From Candidatus Latescibacterota bacterium (GTDB taxonomy: Bacteria > Latescibacterota > UBA2968 > UBA8231), in assembly GCA_964291625.2 (NCBI GenBank), contig OZ220089.1, forward strand, positions 260,542-324,541: DNA of 64,000 nt. The letters are read 5' to 3'. This document shows, in pieces, positions 10,301 to 18,397 of the stretch. The position numbers and the translations under genes are program-made. Position 1 is the stretch's first letter. Each line of letters starts with the position of its first letter. Below the pieces are notes generated by a model, which made no database searches, was not told the DNA's origin, and saw only the letters and a list, made by a program, of their open reading frames with translations.

Positions 10301-12152
10301 GCGCCTTCAGGGACCGCATCGTGTCCTTGAGGCGCATCTTGAAGTCGGGGAACAGCTCCGGATCCTCGAAGGCCATGTGGAACATCCCCGCCAGGGCCCG
10401 GATCTGCCGCGAGAGGTTGTCGTAGCGGATGTGCTGCGCCCGGTCGAGGGGCGTGTCGACGAGGAACCGGGCATCGTTGACGGTGACGAAGGCCAGGGCG
10501 GGGGTGCCCGTGGTCAGCACCAGCTCGCTGTTCACGGAAATCTCGCCGGGGACGAAGGTCTCCCAGCTCTTCCCCCCCTCGGGACTGATGCCGTTCACCA
10601 GGACGTCGCGGAAGCTGTAGCCCAGCTCGCGGCTCACCTTTCGCGAGTACCCCATGAAGTTCTTGCCGAAGGGTGCGAAGTAGCGCTTGTAGTAGAAGCT
10701 CGAGTTGCTGTTCCAGATGCCGAGCTCGTCGGTCTGCGTCGACAGGTCGAGGCTGATGAACAGGTTCACGTCGAGGGAATCGACCTTCGGATCGACCCAC
10801 TCGCGGTAGAAACCCAGGCGCAGGTCCTCGTCGTCGCCGAGCTCCCTCAGCAACTCGTCGGAGGTGTCGAAGGAGGCCTGGCGCCGGTCGCCCCCCTTCC
10901 GGTAGCGGAGCCGCCAGTCGTCGCCGTCGCGGACGATCAGGTCTTCCCCGTCGGCCATGGAGGCCCTGGCCACGGCGCGCACCAGCAGGGTGTCGGTCTC
11001 GGCCACGGAGCGCACCAGCGCCTCCTTGCCGCTGAAGGTCTCCTCGCCGAGACGGTAGGTGACCCCGTCCTCCCCCTCGCCGATCAGCCCGCGGGCCAGG
11101 GACGCTTCGACGACCCGGCGCAGGACCATGCGGTCGATGAAGGGGTTCTCGTCGCGCAGGTAGCGCTGGATGAAGTCGTCGATGCCGCGCAGGGCGAGGT
11201 GGTGCGCGGAGGTGGCGAGGAACAGGACCGAGCGCGCCGGGGGATGCTCGCGGAAGTACCGGGCCAGCTCGAGCAGGGCCGTGATCCCCGCCGCCTGCTC
11301 GGCGCCGGGTGCGAGGGAAGGCACGACCGACATGGCGTCGTAGTACGACTCCAGGACGATCACGTCCTCCTGGAGCAGAGGGTCGTAACCGGGGATGAAG
11401 CCCATGACGTTCCAGGCCGGGCGCCGCTCCCAGTCCATGCGGTACTCGAGGTGGACCGAGGGCGGCGTACCCGCGCCCTCGATCGCCTCCCGCAGCAGTC
11501 CGCCGTCCGCGCCGCTGACCCAGAACCGGGGCAGGTCGAGGGGCATGGTGAGGAACTTCTTCTCGCCTTCGAGATAGACGGTCGAGTCGGGCTCGATGAA
11601 GACGACGGCGGCAGCGCCGAGGTAGGCGCCGTTGAGCCAGTTGTCGCCGGAGTTGAAGTCGAGGACGACGACGGCTCCCGCCACGTCCTGGCCGTCGAGC
11701 TCCTCGAACTCCCCCCGGCCGCCGTAGATCAGGGGCCCGTGGATGCCGCCGTCGGGCAGGGTCGAGGTGCGCACCAGGTTGGGCCACAGTCCGTGGAGCT
11801 CCACGGACGGCCCTCCCGCGATCCTCAGCCGCCCTCCCTGGTCGACGGGCACGGAGACGTCGTACTTGTGGAAGGTGATGTCGTGCAGACCGATCTGCCG
11901 GAACTGGCGGTGCACGTGCAGGGCCGCCTGCTCGGCGCCGGGATAGCCGGCCACGCGCGAACCGAGGCCCGAGAAGAATCCCACGGTCTGGCGCAGACGG
12001 TCCTCCGGCGCCAGCTCGCGCAGGGCCTCGAAGTCGACTTCGGCCGCCGCCGGCGCCGCCGCGAGGACGGCGAGCAGGCCGAGGGACCCCGCGCGCAGAC
12101 GGAGAAACGGGCGGATATCGGTCATGACCGGGTAATGATCGGCAAACGGCAT
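7314..12152 (-). CDS. fusion protein: signal peptide + PA/M28-peptidase-like ectodomain + long unknown region + MacB-type FtsX permease (MacB periplasmic core + FtsX TM domain) + C-terminal extension
   Basis: Real part of ORF 7314..12764. ATG at 12152, or ATG at 12125 giving MTDIRPFLRLRAGSLGLLAVLAAAPAAAEV. PA/M28 pattern: VVVLDFNSGDNW ... PGAEQAAGITALLELARYF ... VLFLATSAHHLALRG. MacB TM1 signature ISNMKRRKLRTALTFVTLLLLTFTVLSF. FtsX signature ERFREIGIYSSVGLAPGHIAWLFMAESCVYSVLGVVAGYLVG ... STIYPARRASQMAVP. Confidence 0.75.
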   Translation of the reverse strand: MPFADHYPVMTDIRPFLRLRAGSLGLLAVLAAAPAAAEVDFEALRELAPEDRLRQTVGFFSGLGSRVAGYPGAEQAALHVHRQFRQIGLHDITFHKYDVSVPVDQGGRLRIAGGPSVELHGLWPNLVRTSTLPDGGIHGPLIYGGRGEFEELDGQDVAGAVVVLDFNSGDNWLNGAYLGAAAVVFIEPDSTVYLEGEKKFLTMPLDLPRFWVSGADGGLLREAIEGAGTPPSVHLEYRMDWERRPAWNVMGFIPGYDPLLQEDVIVLESYYDAMSVVPSLAPGAEQAAGITALLELARYFREHPPARSVLFLATSAHHLALRGIDDFIQRYLRDENPFIDRMVLRRVVEASLARGLIGEGEDGVTYRLGEETFSGKEALVRSVAETDTLLVRAVARASMADGEDLIVRDGDDWRLRYRKGGDRRQASFDTSDELLRELGDDEDLRLGFYREWVDPKVDSLDVNLFISLDLSTQTDELGIWNSNSSFYYKRYFAPFGKNFMGYSRKVSRELGYSFRDVLVNGISPEGGKSWETFVPGEISVNSELVLTTGTPALAFVTVNDARFLVDTPLDRAQHIRYDNLSRQIRALAGMFHMAFEDPELFPDFKMRLKDTMRSLKARTMVFPRRSIVPDLPRTGAVGVVRNGKKKSYKGVRGEYFEVVDGDGAFFVNRIRVEQVQVEGYRMDPATGRVSYAPDRGIQGDQAYPMLIKMDWRDKEWMVVLFPCQAFNFFDIVDPRYLTKLSEVTVFDETNASPVEYGYTIGEGPSAKDEPVGVLFARPGALVKMGFGAGILGFRSLLLNSENPDDKEEALGAGFAMEPGSSFARTSYQSARDMWTLDEARMRELRSFAIENQRLNDLHERARGELERAAAALERKEWSAFVRHTRSAIGLESRAYPDVKSTQNDVIQGIIFFMALVLPCAYFAERLLITAATIQRQIMGFAGIFLVIWIVLSFVHPAFELSNPFVILLAFVILVLAVLVMWIISGRFNEQMKKLRTEVAVIHDTDVSRSSASLTAFLLGISNMKRRKLRTALTFVTLLLLTFTVLSFTSIQTALRYNQIERDNEGLYEGLLIRSKAWTPLEESVLEYAHSNFGDRAAIAPRSWYDNQKKAHIKIKYGEDAHNALGVLGLTPSETEVTGLDQALLAGRWFQEGEERVCILPNDMLGADKLGIDMGEVDAGGATVRVFGEQFTVIGIINSTRMKELKDLDDETMTPADFAVTGGQAVQEIAEEEQREKQGLEDAQVVIKPFVHLEPANTLILPYHTLRNVGSGNPLQSVAIRFDEGVDERAEIEQFLSRLAVTLFAGIQEPGDDYIKVSIYSSLGMTSLSGVANLFVPILIAALIVLNTMMGSVYERFREIGIYSSVGLAPGHIAWLFMAESCVYSVLGVVAGYLVGQITATLLTQLGVVTGFTLNYSSLSAVLSCILVMAVVMLSTIYPARRASQMAVPDVTRRWRLPRPEGDDWHFEFPFTVAGRDVLGLSVFLIGYFDSYSEESIGTFYTDGAKLGRLDSEYGEGYTIDMNIWLAPFDLGVSQHVVIRALPESEHNIYQIQLDIRRLSGEDASWRRVNQRFMNVIRKQFLIWRTVDSEAKEAYRSQGQELLAGAPADSVSA

Positions 12153-12163
12153 GGGCCCCGCAA

Positions 12164-12694
12164 TCACCGCCGGGGGGCGAGACCTCCCCCGTAGCCCGCC
12201 CTGGCCAGGGCCCTCACCGCGTAGTAGGTGATCAGCCCCGTCATCGCCCCGGAGAGGACGCCGCCCACCAGGAAGAGGGGCAGCAGCCGCAGCAGACCCG
12301 CCTGGGAGAGGTAGATCTCGGCCACCAGCAGCTGCGTCACCTGGTGGACGACGGCTCCCGCGATGCTCAGCCCCACGGGGCTCAACAGGCCGGGCACGGA
12401 TCGCCGCAGGCCGACCATCGCGGCCAGGCTCGTGAGGGCGGCGCTGCCCCCGATGACCGACGCCGGGCCGGCCAGACCGCCGCTCAGCAGACCGCCGACG
12501 AGGACCTTCACGGCGCCCACCGCCGCCGCCGGACCGCCGCCGAAGAGCAGCAGCGTCGCCAGGACGGCGGCGTTGCCGAGTCCGAGCTTCATCCACGGCA
12601 GGGGGCGCGGCACCGCCGTTTCGAAGACGAAGAGGATCAGAGCGGCGGCCGACATCAGGCCCAGGAAGGCGGCGCGCCTGCCGGGCGAGAGCAT
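12164..12694 (-). CDS. Gx transporter family protein (heptaprenyl-diphosphate-synthase-component-I-like, PF07456-type membrane protein)
   Basis: ORF 12164..12694. Small glycine-rich multi-pass protein (PLPWMKLGLGNAAVLATLLLFGGGPAAAVGAVKVLVGGLLSGGL...). It sits in its usual pairing directly after a NusG-domain-II protein. Confidence 0.7.
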   Translation of the reverse strand: MLSPGRRAAFLGLMSAAALILFVFETAVPRPLPWMKLGLGNAAVLATLLLFGGGPAAAVGAVKVLVGGLLSGGLAGPASVIGGSAALTSLAAMVGLRRSVPGLLSPVGLSIAGAVVHQVTQLLVAEIYLSQAGLLRLLPLFLVGGVLSGAMTGLITYYAVRALARAGYGGGLAPRR

Positions 12695-13119
12695 CAGCGG
12701 CTGACCCCGTCGAAGGCGGGGCCGCCCTCGCCTTCGACCCGGACCACCAGATGGTTGGGGACACAGACCGCCACGTCGCCCACCGCCCGCAGCCAGCCGC
12801 GGCGGACGCAGATCCGCCGGGCGCAGGGAGAGGCGGCCACGCGGACGCGGCTGCCGTCGACCACCACCTCGCTCGCCCCGGCGGGGCCGGGGACCTCGAT
12901 CCGCGCCGCTTCGCTCAGCGGCAGGAGGCGCACGACCTCGCCTCCCACCTGGACGCTCGCCGACCGGGGGGTACCGCCGCCGGGCCTCGACACGAGCAGG
13001 ACCGCCGCCAACAGCAGAACCGCCGCCGCGAGGACGATGTCGCCCGGGCTGGGAGGCAGGGGCCGGTACGGCTTGACACTCCCCCTGGGGCTGTTTACAC
13101 TGCCGAGAGCGCCACGCAA
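12694..13119 (-). CDS. NusG domain II-containing (DUF1312-like) membrane-anchored protein
   Basis: ORF 12694..13119, with TTG as the only canonical start. One N-terminal TM helix, then the Cys-containing pattern SPCARRICVRRGWLRAVGDVAVCVPNHLVV typical of this family. Its stop overlaps the next start (TGATG). Confidence 0.65.
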   Translation of the reverse strand: MRGALGSVNSPRGSVKPYRPLPPSPGDIVLAAAVLLLAAVLLVSRPGGGTPRSASVQVGGEVVRLLPLSEAARIEVPGPAGASEVVVDGSRVRVAASPCARRICVRRGWLRAVGDVAVCVPNHLVVRVEGEGGPAFDGVSR

Positions 13120-13226
13120 GGCCGTATCTCGTTGTCGGCTATGGAGTAACCGCCGTTTCGCGAGGCCTGCTTCGAGGCCTCCGGCCCCCCCTTGCCCGTC
13201 GAGCCCGCAACGGCGCCACCGGGCTT

Positions 13227-15515
13227 GTGAGCCCCCTCTTGACGACCCCCCGGATCGCCATCGACGAAGCGCCCCCCCGCAACGGGGAGGAGCTGCCGGA
13301 GCGCCCGGGCCCCACCAACCTCGAGGCCCTGCTCGAGGACTCGCGGGACCACCTGCAGCTTCAGATGCTGCTCATCGAGGTCGCCTCGTGCAACGAGTCC
13401 GCCGACTTCGACCTGGTTGCGCGCGCCTACCACTTCGCGCACCAGGCCCACGCCGGCCAGATCCGCAAGTCGGGGGAACCCTTCCTCCAGCACATCGTCG
13501 AGGTGGCTCGAATCCTCGCCCAGCTGCGCCTCGACACGACCACCGTCGCCGCCGGCCTGCTCCACGACGTGGTCGAGGATACGGAGGTCACCCAGGACCA
13601 GATCGAGTCCCGGTTCGGGTCCAAGATCTCGGCCCTCATCGACGGGGTCACCAAGATCGAGCGCTTCCAGCTCGAGAGCCGCGAGGCCCGCCAGGCCGAG
13701 ACCTTTCGCAAGATGCTGCTTTCCATGGTCGAGGACATCCGGGTCATCCTGGTCAAGTTCGCCGACCGGCTGCACAACATGCGCACCCTGGACGCCCTCG
13801 ACGACCACCAGCGCCAGCGCATCTCCCACGAAACCCTGGAGGTCTATGCGCCCCTGGCCCACCGGCTGGGCCTGGCCCGGATCCGCTGGGAGCTGGAGGA
13901 CCGCAGCCTCAAGCATCTCGAGCCCGCGTTCTACCGTGAGATCCGGGAGAAGGTGGCCATGCGGCGCGAGGAGCGGGAGCGCCTGATCGACGGCTTCAAG
14001 ACGCCCCTGGCCGAGGAGCTGACCCGCAGCGGCATCGAGGCCGAGATCACCGGGCGTCCGAAGAACTTCTACAGCATCTACAACAAGATGCGCAGCCGGG
14101 TGAAGCCCTTCGAGGAGATCTACGACCTCACGGCGGTGCGCATCATCGTCGGCACCGTGCGCGAGTGCTACCACACCCTCGGCCTGGTGCACACCCTCTA
14201 CCGACCGATCCCCGACCGCTTCAAGGACTACATCGCCACGCCGAAGACCAATATGTACCAGTCCCTGCACACCACCGTCATCGGCCCCCAGGGCATGTCG
14301 GTGGAAGTGCAGATCCGCACCTGGGAGATGCACCACACGGCGGAGATCGGCATCGCCGCCCACTGGCGCTACAAGGGAGGCGGGGCCGGGGAGAGCAGCG
14401 ACCTCGACCAGCAGATGAACTGGCTGCGCCAGGTCCTCGACTGGCAGCGGGACGCCACCGACCCCGTGGAGTTCATGGAGAACCTGAAGATCGAGCTCTT
14501 CCAGGACGAGATCTTCGTCTTCACCCCCAAGGGGGATCTCCACCAGCTGCCGAAGGAGGCGACCCCCATCGACTTCGCCTTCGCCATCCACACCGACATC
14601 GGCCTCCATTGCCTCACCGCCAAGGTGGACGGCCAGATCGTGCCCCTGAGCACGCCCCTGACCAGCGGCGCCACGGTGCAGATCATCACCTCGCCCCACC
14701 AGAAGCCGAATCCGTCCTGGCTCGAGATGGTCAAGACCGCCAAGGCCCGCCAGGCGATCCGCCGCTGGGTGAAGGAGGAGCGGCTCTCCCAGAGCGTTCG
14801 CCTCGGCCAGGAGATCCTCGAGCACGAGCTGAAGCGCTACCGCCACCGCGCCGGCAGCGAGGCCCTCGAGGAGCTGGCGGCGGAGCTCAAGCTGGCCGAC
14901 ACCGAGCACCTCTACGCGGCCATCGGCTCCGGCGACCTGTCGGTGAGCCGCGCCGTCAACCGCCTCGTGCCGAATCCGCCGAAGCGGCGGGTGAGGCCGC
15001 TGATCCGCGACCGGCGGGGCATCCGCATCCAGGGCATGAACGACATGATGATCCACTTCGGGAAGTGCTGCACTCCGATCCCCGGGGACCCGATCATCGG
15101 CCTCATCACCCGGGGCCGGGGGCTGTCGGTGCATCGCACGGACTGCCCCAACTTCGCCGACCTCGCCGAGGACCCGGAGAGCCTCACGCCGGTGGCCTGG
15201 GACCTCGAGGAGGAACAGGCCTTCACGGTGCAGCTCCTCGTGCGCGGGCATGACCGCAAGTACTTCCTCTCCGACGTGACCCGAATCATCTCCGACACGG
15301 GGGCCAACATCGTCAGTTGCGAGACCCGGACCCTGGCTCACGTCGTGGAGGAGACGTTCCGGATCGACGTGCACGACTCCCGGCAGCTGCAGAAGATGGT
15401 GAAGAAGCTGCGCGGCGTGGAAGGCGTCACCGAGGTGCAGCGCGTCGACAAGGTTGCCGTGGAGGGGCCGAAGGACCCCGACGGGGAGGCCTGGAGTTCC
15501 GACGAGCGCCGGTGA
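13227..15515 (+). CDS. relA: bifunctional (p)ppGpp synthetase/hydrolase RelA/SpoT family
   Basis: ORF 13227..15515, GTG start with an alternative ATG at 13365. HD hydrolase motifs (HAGQIRKSGEPFLQHIVEV, LLHDVVEDT), synthetase block (GRPKNFYSIYNKM ... DLTAVRIIV ... YQSLHTTV), TGS (VFTPKGDLHQLPKEATPIDFAFAIHTDIG) and a C-terminal ACT-like domain. Confidence 0.9.
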   Translation: MSPLLTTPRIAIDEAPPRNGEELPERPGPTNLEALLEDSRDHLQLQMLLIEVASCNESADFDLVARAYHFAHQAHAGQIRKSGEPFLQHIVEVARILAQLRLDTTTVAAGLLHDVVEDTEVTQDQIESRFGSKISALIDGVTKIERFQLESREARQAETFRKMLLSMVEDIRVILVKFADRLHNMRTLDALDDHQRQRISHETLEVYAPLAHRLGLARIRWELEDRSLKHLEPAFYREIREKVAMRREERERLIDGFKTPLAEELTRSGIEAEITGRPKNFYSIYNKMRSRVKPFEEIYDLTAVRIIVGTVRECYHTLGLVHTLYRPIPDRFKDYIATPKTNMYQSLHTTVIGPQGMSVEVQIRTWEMHHTAEIGIAAHWRYKGGGAGESSDLDQQMNWLRQVLDWQRDATDPVEFMENLKIELFQDEIFVFTPKGDLHQLPKEATPIDFAFAIHTDIGLHCLTAKVDGQIVPLSTPLTSGATVQIITSPHQKPNPSWLEMVKTAKARQAIRRWVKEERLSQSVRLGQEILEHELKRYRHRAGSEALEELAAELKLADTEHLYAAIGSGDLSVSRAVNRLVPNPPKRRVRPLIRDRRGIRIQGMNDMMIHFGKCCTPIPGDPIIGLITRGRGLSVHRTDCPNFADLAEDPESLTPVAWDLEEEQAFTVQLLVRGHDRKYFLSDVTRIISDTGANIVSCETRTLAHVVEETFRIDVHDSRQLQKMVKKLRGVEGVTEVQRVDKVAVEGPKDPDGEAWSSDERR

Positions 15516-15544
15516 CCGCCGCCGCGTCCGGCACCGGGAGGCCG

Positions 15545-15574
15545 TTGACACGATGCGCGGAGCCCGGGTACCTT
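15545..15574 (+). promoter_or_regulatory. candidate sigma70-type promoter for hisC (TTGACA-N18-TACCTT)
   Basis: TTGACA at 15545-15550 and TACCTT at 15569-15574 lie 28 nt upstream of the hisC ATG, in the 86-nt relA-hisC spacer. This is sequence resemblance only. Confidence 0.25.
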
Positions 15575-15601
15575 GCCGCCGGTTCCGCTCGCACCCGGCC
15601 C

Positions 15602-16657
15602 ATGACCCCCTTCCTCCCCCACATCGCCGGCATGGCCGGATACCTCCCCGGCGAGCAGCCCGCCGACGGCGAGTACCTCAAGCTCAACACCAACGAGAAC
15701 CCCTACCCGCCGTCGCCGCTGGTCCTGGCGAGGCTGCGCGCCGCCCTCGACGGCCGCCTGCGCCGCTATCCCGACGCCGCCGCCACCGGGGTTCGCCGGC
15801 GTCTGGCGGCCCTCTTCGGCCGCGACGAGGATCAATTCCTGGTCGGCAACGGCTCCGACGAGCTGCTCAACGTCGCCGTGCGCTGCTTTGCCGGCGCCGC
15901 CGACGGGGTCGCCTTCGCCACGCCGACCTACCCCTACTACGCCAAGCTCGTGGAGCTGCAGGACGCCCGCCGGGTGGCCATCGAGTTCGACGATGACTTC
16001 GCCCTGCCGGCGTCTCTCTCCGCTGCCGACGCCCGGCTGACCCTGGTGCCCAACCCGAACTCTCCCTCGGGGACGGTCGTGGCCCGCGAGGATCTCGAGT
16101 CCCTGGCCGCCGGCCTGTCCGGCATCCTTCTCATCGACGAGGCCTACGTCGACTTCGCCCGCGGGGGCGCCCTCGATCTCGTGGGCCGCCACGCCAACGT
16201 GATCGTCGCCCGCACTCTGTCCAAGTCCTTCTCCCTCGCCGGACTCCGCATCGGCTTCTGCGTCGCCTCCCCCGAGGTGGTCCGCGGGATGGGCAAGGTG
16301 AAGGAGCACTACAACATCAACACCCTGAGCCAAGTCGCCGCCGAGGCCGCCCTCGAAGATGTCGACTGGATGCGGAGGAACGCCCGCCGGGTCGCCGCCA
16401 CCCGGTCGCGCCTGACCGGAGCCCTCCGCGGGCACGGCTGTCACGTCTGGGAGTCGGAGGCCAACTTCGTCCTCGCCCGGATGCCCTCCGGCGCCGACGC
16501 GGGGAGGATCGCCTCGGAGTTGAGGCGGCGCCGCATCCTGGTCCGCTACTTCGGCGGCGATCCGAGGCTCAGCGACTGCCTGCGCATCTCCGTCGGCACC
16601 GACTCGGAGATCGACCGGCTGCTCCAGGAGCTCCACGGGTTGATGCGGAAGGCCTGA
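15602..16657 (+). CDS. hisC: histidinol-phosphate aminotransferase
   Basis: In-frame ATG at 15602 within ORF 15317..16657. Motifs: LNTNENPYPPSP, PNPNSPSG, IDEAYVDF, and the PLP-lysine motif ARTLSKSFSLAGLRIG. Confidence 0.9.
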   Translation: MTPFLPHIAGMAGYLPGEQPADGEYLKLNTNENPYPPSPLVLARLRAALDGRLRRYPDAAATGVRRRLAALFGRDEDQFLVGNGSDELLNVAVRCFAGAADGVAFATPTYPYYAKLVELQDARRVAIEFDDDFALPASLSAADARLTLVPNPNSPSGTVVAREDLESLAAGLSGILLIDEAYVDFARGGALDLVGRHANVIVARTLSKSFSLAGLRIGFCVASPEVVRGMGKVKEHYNINTLSQVAAEAALEDVDWMRRNARRVAATRSRLTGALRGHGCHVWESEANFVLARMPSGADAGRIASELRRRRILVRYFGGDPRLSDCLRISVGTDSEIDRLLQELHGLMRKA

Positions 16658-16673
16658 ACCGCCCCTCCGGGTG

Positions 16674-17201
16674 CTACCGCCGCCCGGCCTCCCGCACCCG
16701 CTTCAGGGCGTCCACCTCCGACATCCTCAGACCGACGCGGCGCGAGATCTCGGCCGTTGACAGGCCCTGCTCGAGCATCTCGCGGGCCCGGCGGTAGGCC
16801 TCCCCCCCGGGATCCGGGAATCCCTCCGGCCGGCGCTGCGCGGTCCCGGAAGCCCTGGCCGCCCGGCCCTCCCCCGTGGCCCCCGCGAGGCGAGGCCCCG
16901 TCTCGGCCGGCCTCGGAGGCGGGACGGTGCCGGCGGCCTTCGGGGAGGCCGTCGATCCGGGGACCCGGGGCGGGGCGGGCCCTGAGGGGGGCGGTTGTTC
17001 GAGAGTCCGGCAGAGGTCGGACAGGCGTTGGCCCAGATTGTGCAGGCTCCGGTGCTGACCCTCCAGGAGGGTCAACCGCCGGTCCAGCTCGCGCTTCTGT
17101 TCCCGCAACCAGGACCGGAACCAGAAAGCCAGGGTCCCGGCGAGGATCAGGAAGAGCAGATCGAGGAGGATCTGGCGCAGGGCGGAGTCAGGAAGGTTCA
17201 C
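16674..17201 (-). CDS. hypothetical membrane-anchored protein with C-terminal HTH-like segment (DUF2802-like)
   Basis: ORF 16674..17201. N-terminal TM helix (ILLDLLFLILAGTLAFWF), coiled-coil-like stretch, Pro-rich linker, and a C-terminal LEQGLSTAEISRRVGLRMSEVDALKRV. Confidence 0.5.
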   Translation of the reverse strand: MNLPDSALRQILLDLLFLILAGTLAFWFRSWLREQKRELDRRLTLLEGQHRSLHNLGQRLSDLCRTLEQPPPSGPAPPRVPGSTASPKAAGTVPPPRPAETGPRLAGATGEGRAARASGTAQRRPEGFPDPGGEAYRRAREMLEQGLSTAEISRRVGLRMSEVDALKRVREAGRR

Positions 17202-17234
17202 CGGACCAATATACCCCCGTACCCCGCAAACCCG

Positions 17235-18236
17235 CTATCGATCATCCGCTGGAGGGATCCTCCCGGGGGCTGCAGCAGGTCCGATGCGGTCCCGCACCGG
17301 CGGCGTCCGGCCGCCCCGCTGATGGAGGCTGGCCAGCATGTCCCCCAACAGACCGGTGGAGAACAACTGGAATCCCACGATGATCAGCAGGATGGCGAGC
17401 ATCAACAGGGGATGGCGGTTCTGGATCGTGCCGGTCTGCCACCACAGGTTCGTGATGTATGCGCCGATGGCGCCGCCCGCGATCGTGCTCAGCAGCCCGA
17501 GGGAGCCGAAGAGATGCATGGGCGTCGACATGAAGCGGACCACGAAGGTGATGGACAACAGGTCGAGGAGACCGTTCAGGAGGCGCCGGGTGCCGAACTT
17601 GGAACGCCCGAAGCGGCGGGGATGGTGGGTCACCGGCAGCTCGGCGACGCGGTACCCGGCCCAGTGGGCGATGGCGGGCAGGAACCGGTAGAGCTCCCCG
17701 TACAGGTAGGGCAGGGCCTCCTCCACCACCTCTCGCCGGTACAACTTGAGGCCGCAGTTGAAGTCGTGCAGGCGGATGCCGGAGACGGCCGACGTGATCA
17801 GGTTGAAGAGCTTCGACGGCAGGGTCTTGGTGAGGGGATCGCGGCGCTTCCTCTTCCATCCCGACACCAGGTCCCGGCCGCCCTCCGCCTCGAGGGCAAC
17901 CAGCAGGTTGGGGATCTCCGCCGGATCGTCCTGCAGGTCCGCGTCCAGGGTCGCCACCAGCCGGCCCCTGGCTTCCTTGAAGCCGAGGGCCAGGGCCGCG
18001 GCCTTGCGGTAGTTGCGGCGGAAGCGGACCGCCCGCAGCCACCCGTAGCTTCCGGAGAGCCGTGCGAGCACCTCGAAGGAGCCGTCGGTGCTGCCGTCGT
18101 CGACGAAGACCACCTCGAAGGTGAGGCCCTGGCCGGAGAGGGCGGCCTCGACCTGCTCGCACAGAGGCTCGAGGCTCTCCTCCTCGTTGTACAGGGGAAC
18201 CACGATGGTCAGATCGATGGGGCCATCCGCAGACAT
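17235..18236 (-). CDS. family 2 glycosyltransferase, polyprenyl-phosphate sugar transferase type (ArnC/DPM1-like) with C-terminal TM helices
   Basis: ATG at 18236 within ORF 17235..18407. Motifs: TIVVPLYNEEES, VVFVDDGSTDGS, DADLQDDP (DxD), followed by two C-terminal TM helices. Confidence 0.85.
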   Translation of the reverse strand: MSADGPIDLTIVVPLYNEEESLEPLCEQVEAALSGQGLTFEVVFVDDGSTDGSFEVLARLSGSYGWLRAVRFRRNYRKAAALALGFKEARGRLVATLDADLQDDPAEIPNLLVALEAEGGRDLVSGWKRKRRDPLTKTLPSKLFNLITSAVSGIRLHDFNCGLKLYRREVVEEALPYLYGELYRFLPAIAHWAGYRVAELPVTHHPRRFGRSKFGTRRLLNGLLDLLSITFVVRFMSTPMHLFGSLGLLSTIAGGAIGAYITNLWWQTGTIQNRHPLLMLAILLIIVGFQLFSTGLLGDMLASLHQRGGRTPPVRDRIGPAAAPGRIPPADDR

Positions 18237-18397
18237 CGCCACTCCTCTTCGAGCCGGCCTCGTGGCCGCGGGATCTCCCTGGACTCCGTGCATGGTTCCA
18301 AGATAAGGCAGGAGAGAGGGCGGGGCTCCCATGGGATCAGACCCCGTCAGCCTCCCGTCACTATACTCTCTCAGGTCCTCACCTGCCCCCGGATGAC

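Noticed and set aside
4305-12194. 2629-aa plus-strand ORF, the longest in the track. Similar giant ORFs: 25195..29736 +, 42040..46494 +, 13095..15551 -, 32658..34454 -, 31409..33118 -, 39494..42094 -, and the N-terminal ~1400 aa of 49311..56636 -.
   Set aside because: The translations are dominated by Arg/Gly/Pro/Ala/Asp/His with no motifs. Each lies antisense to, or out of frame with, ORFs that carry clear domains (FtsX, OPT-like, TPR, RelA, CRTAC1, carbamoyltransferase, GH42). These are typical stop-poor shadow frames of a ~70% GC genome.
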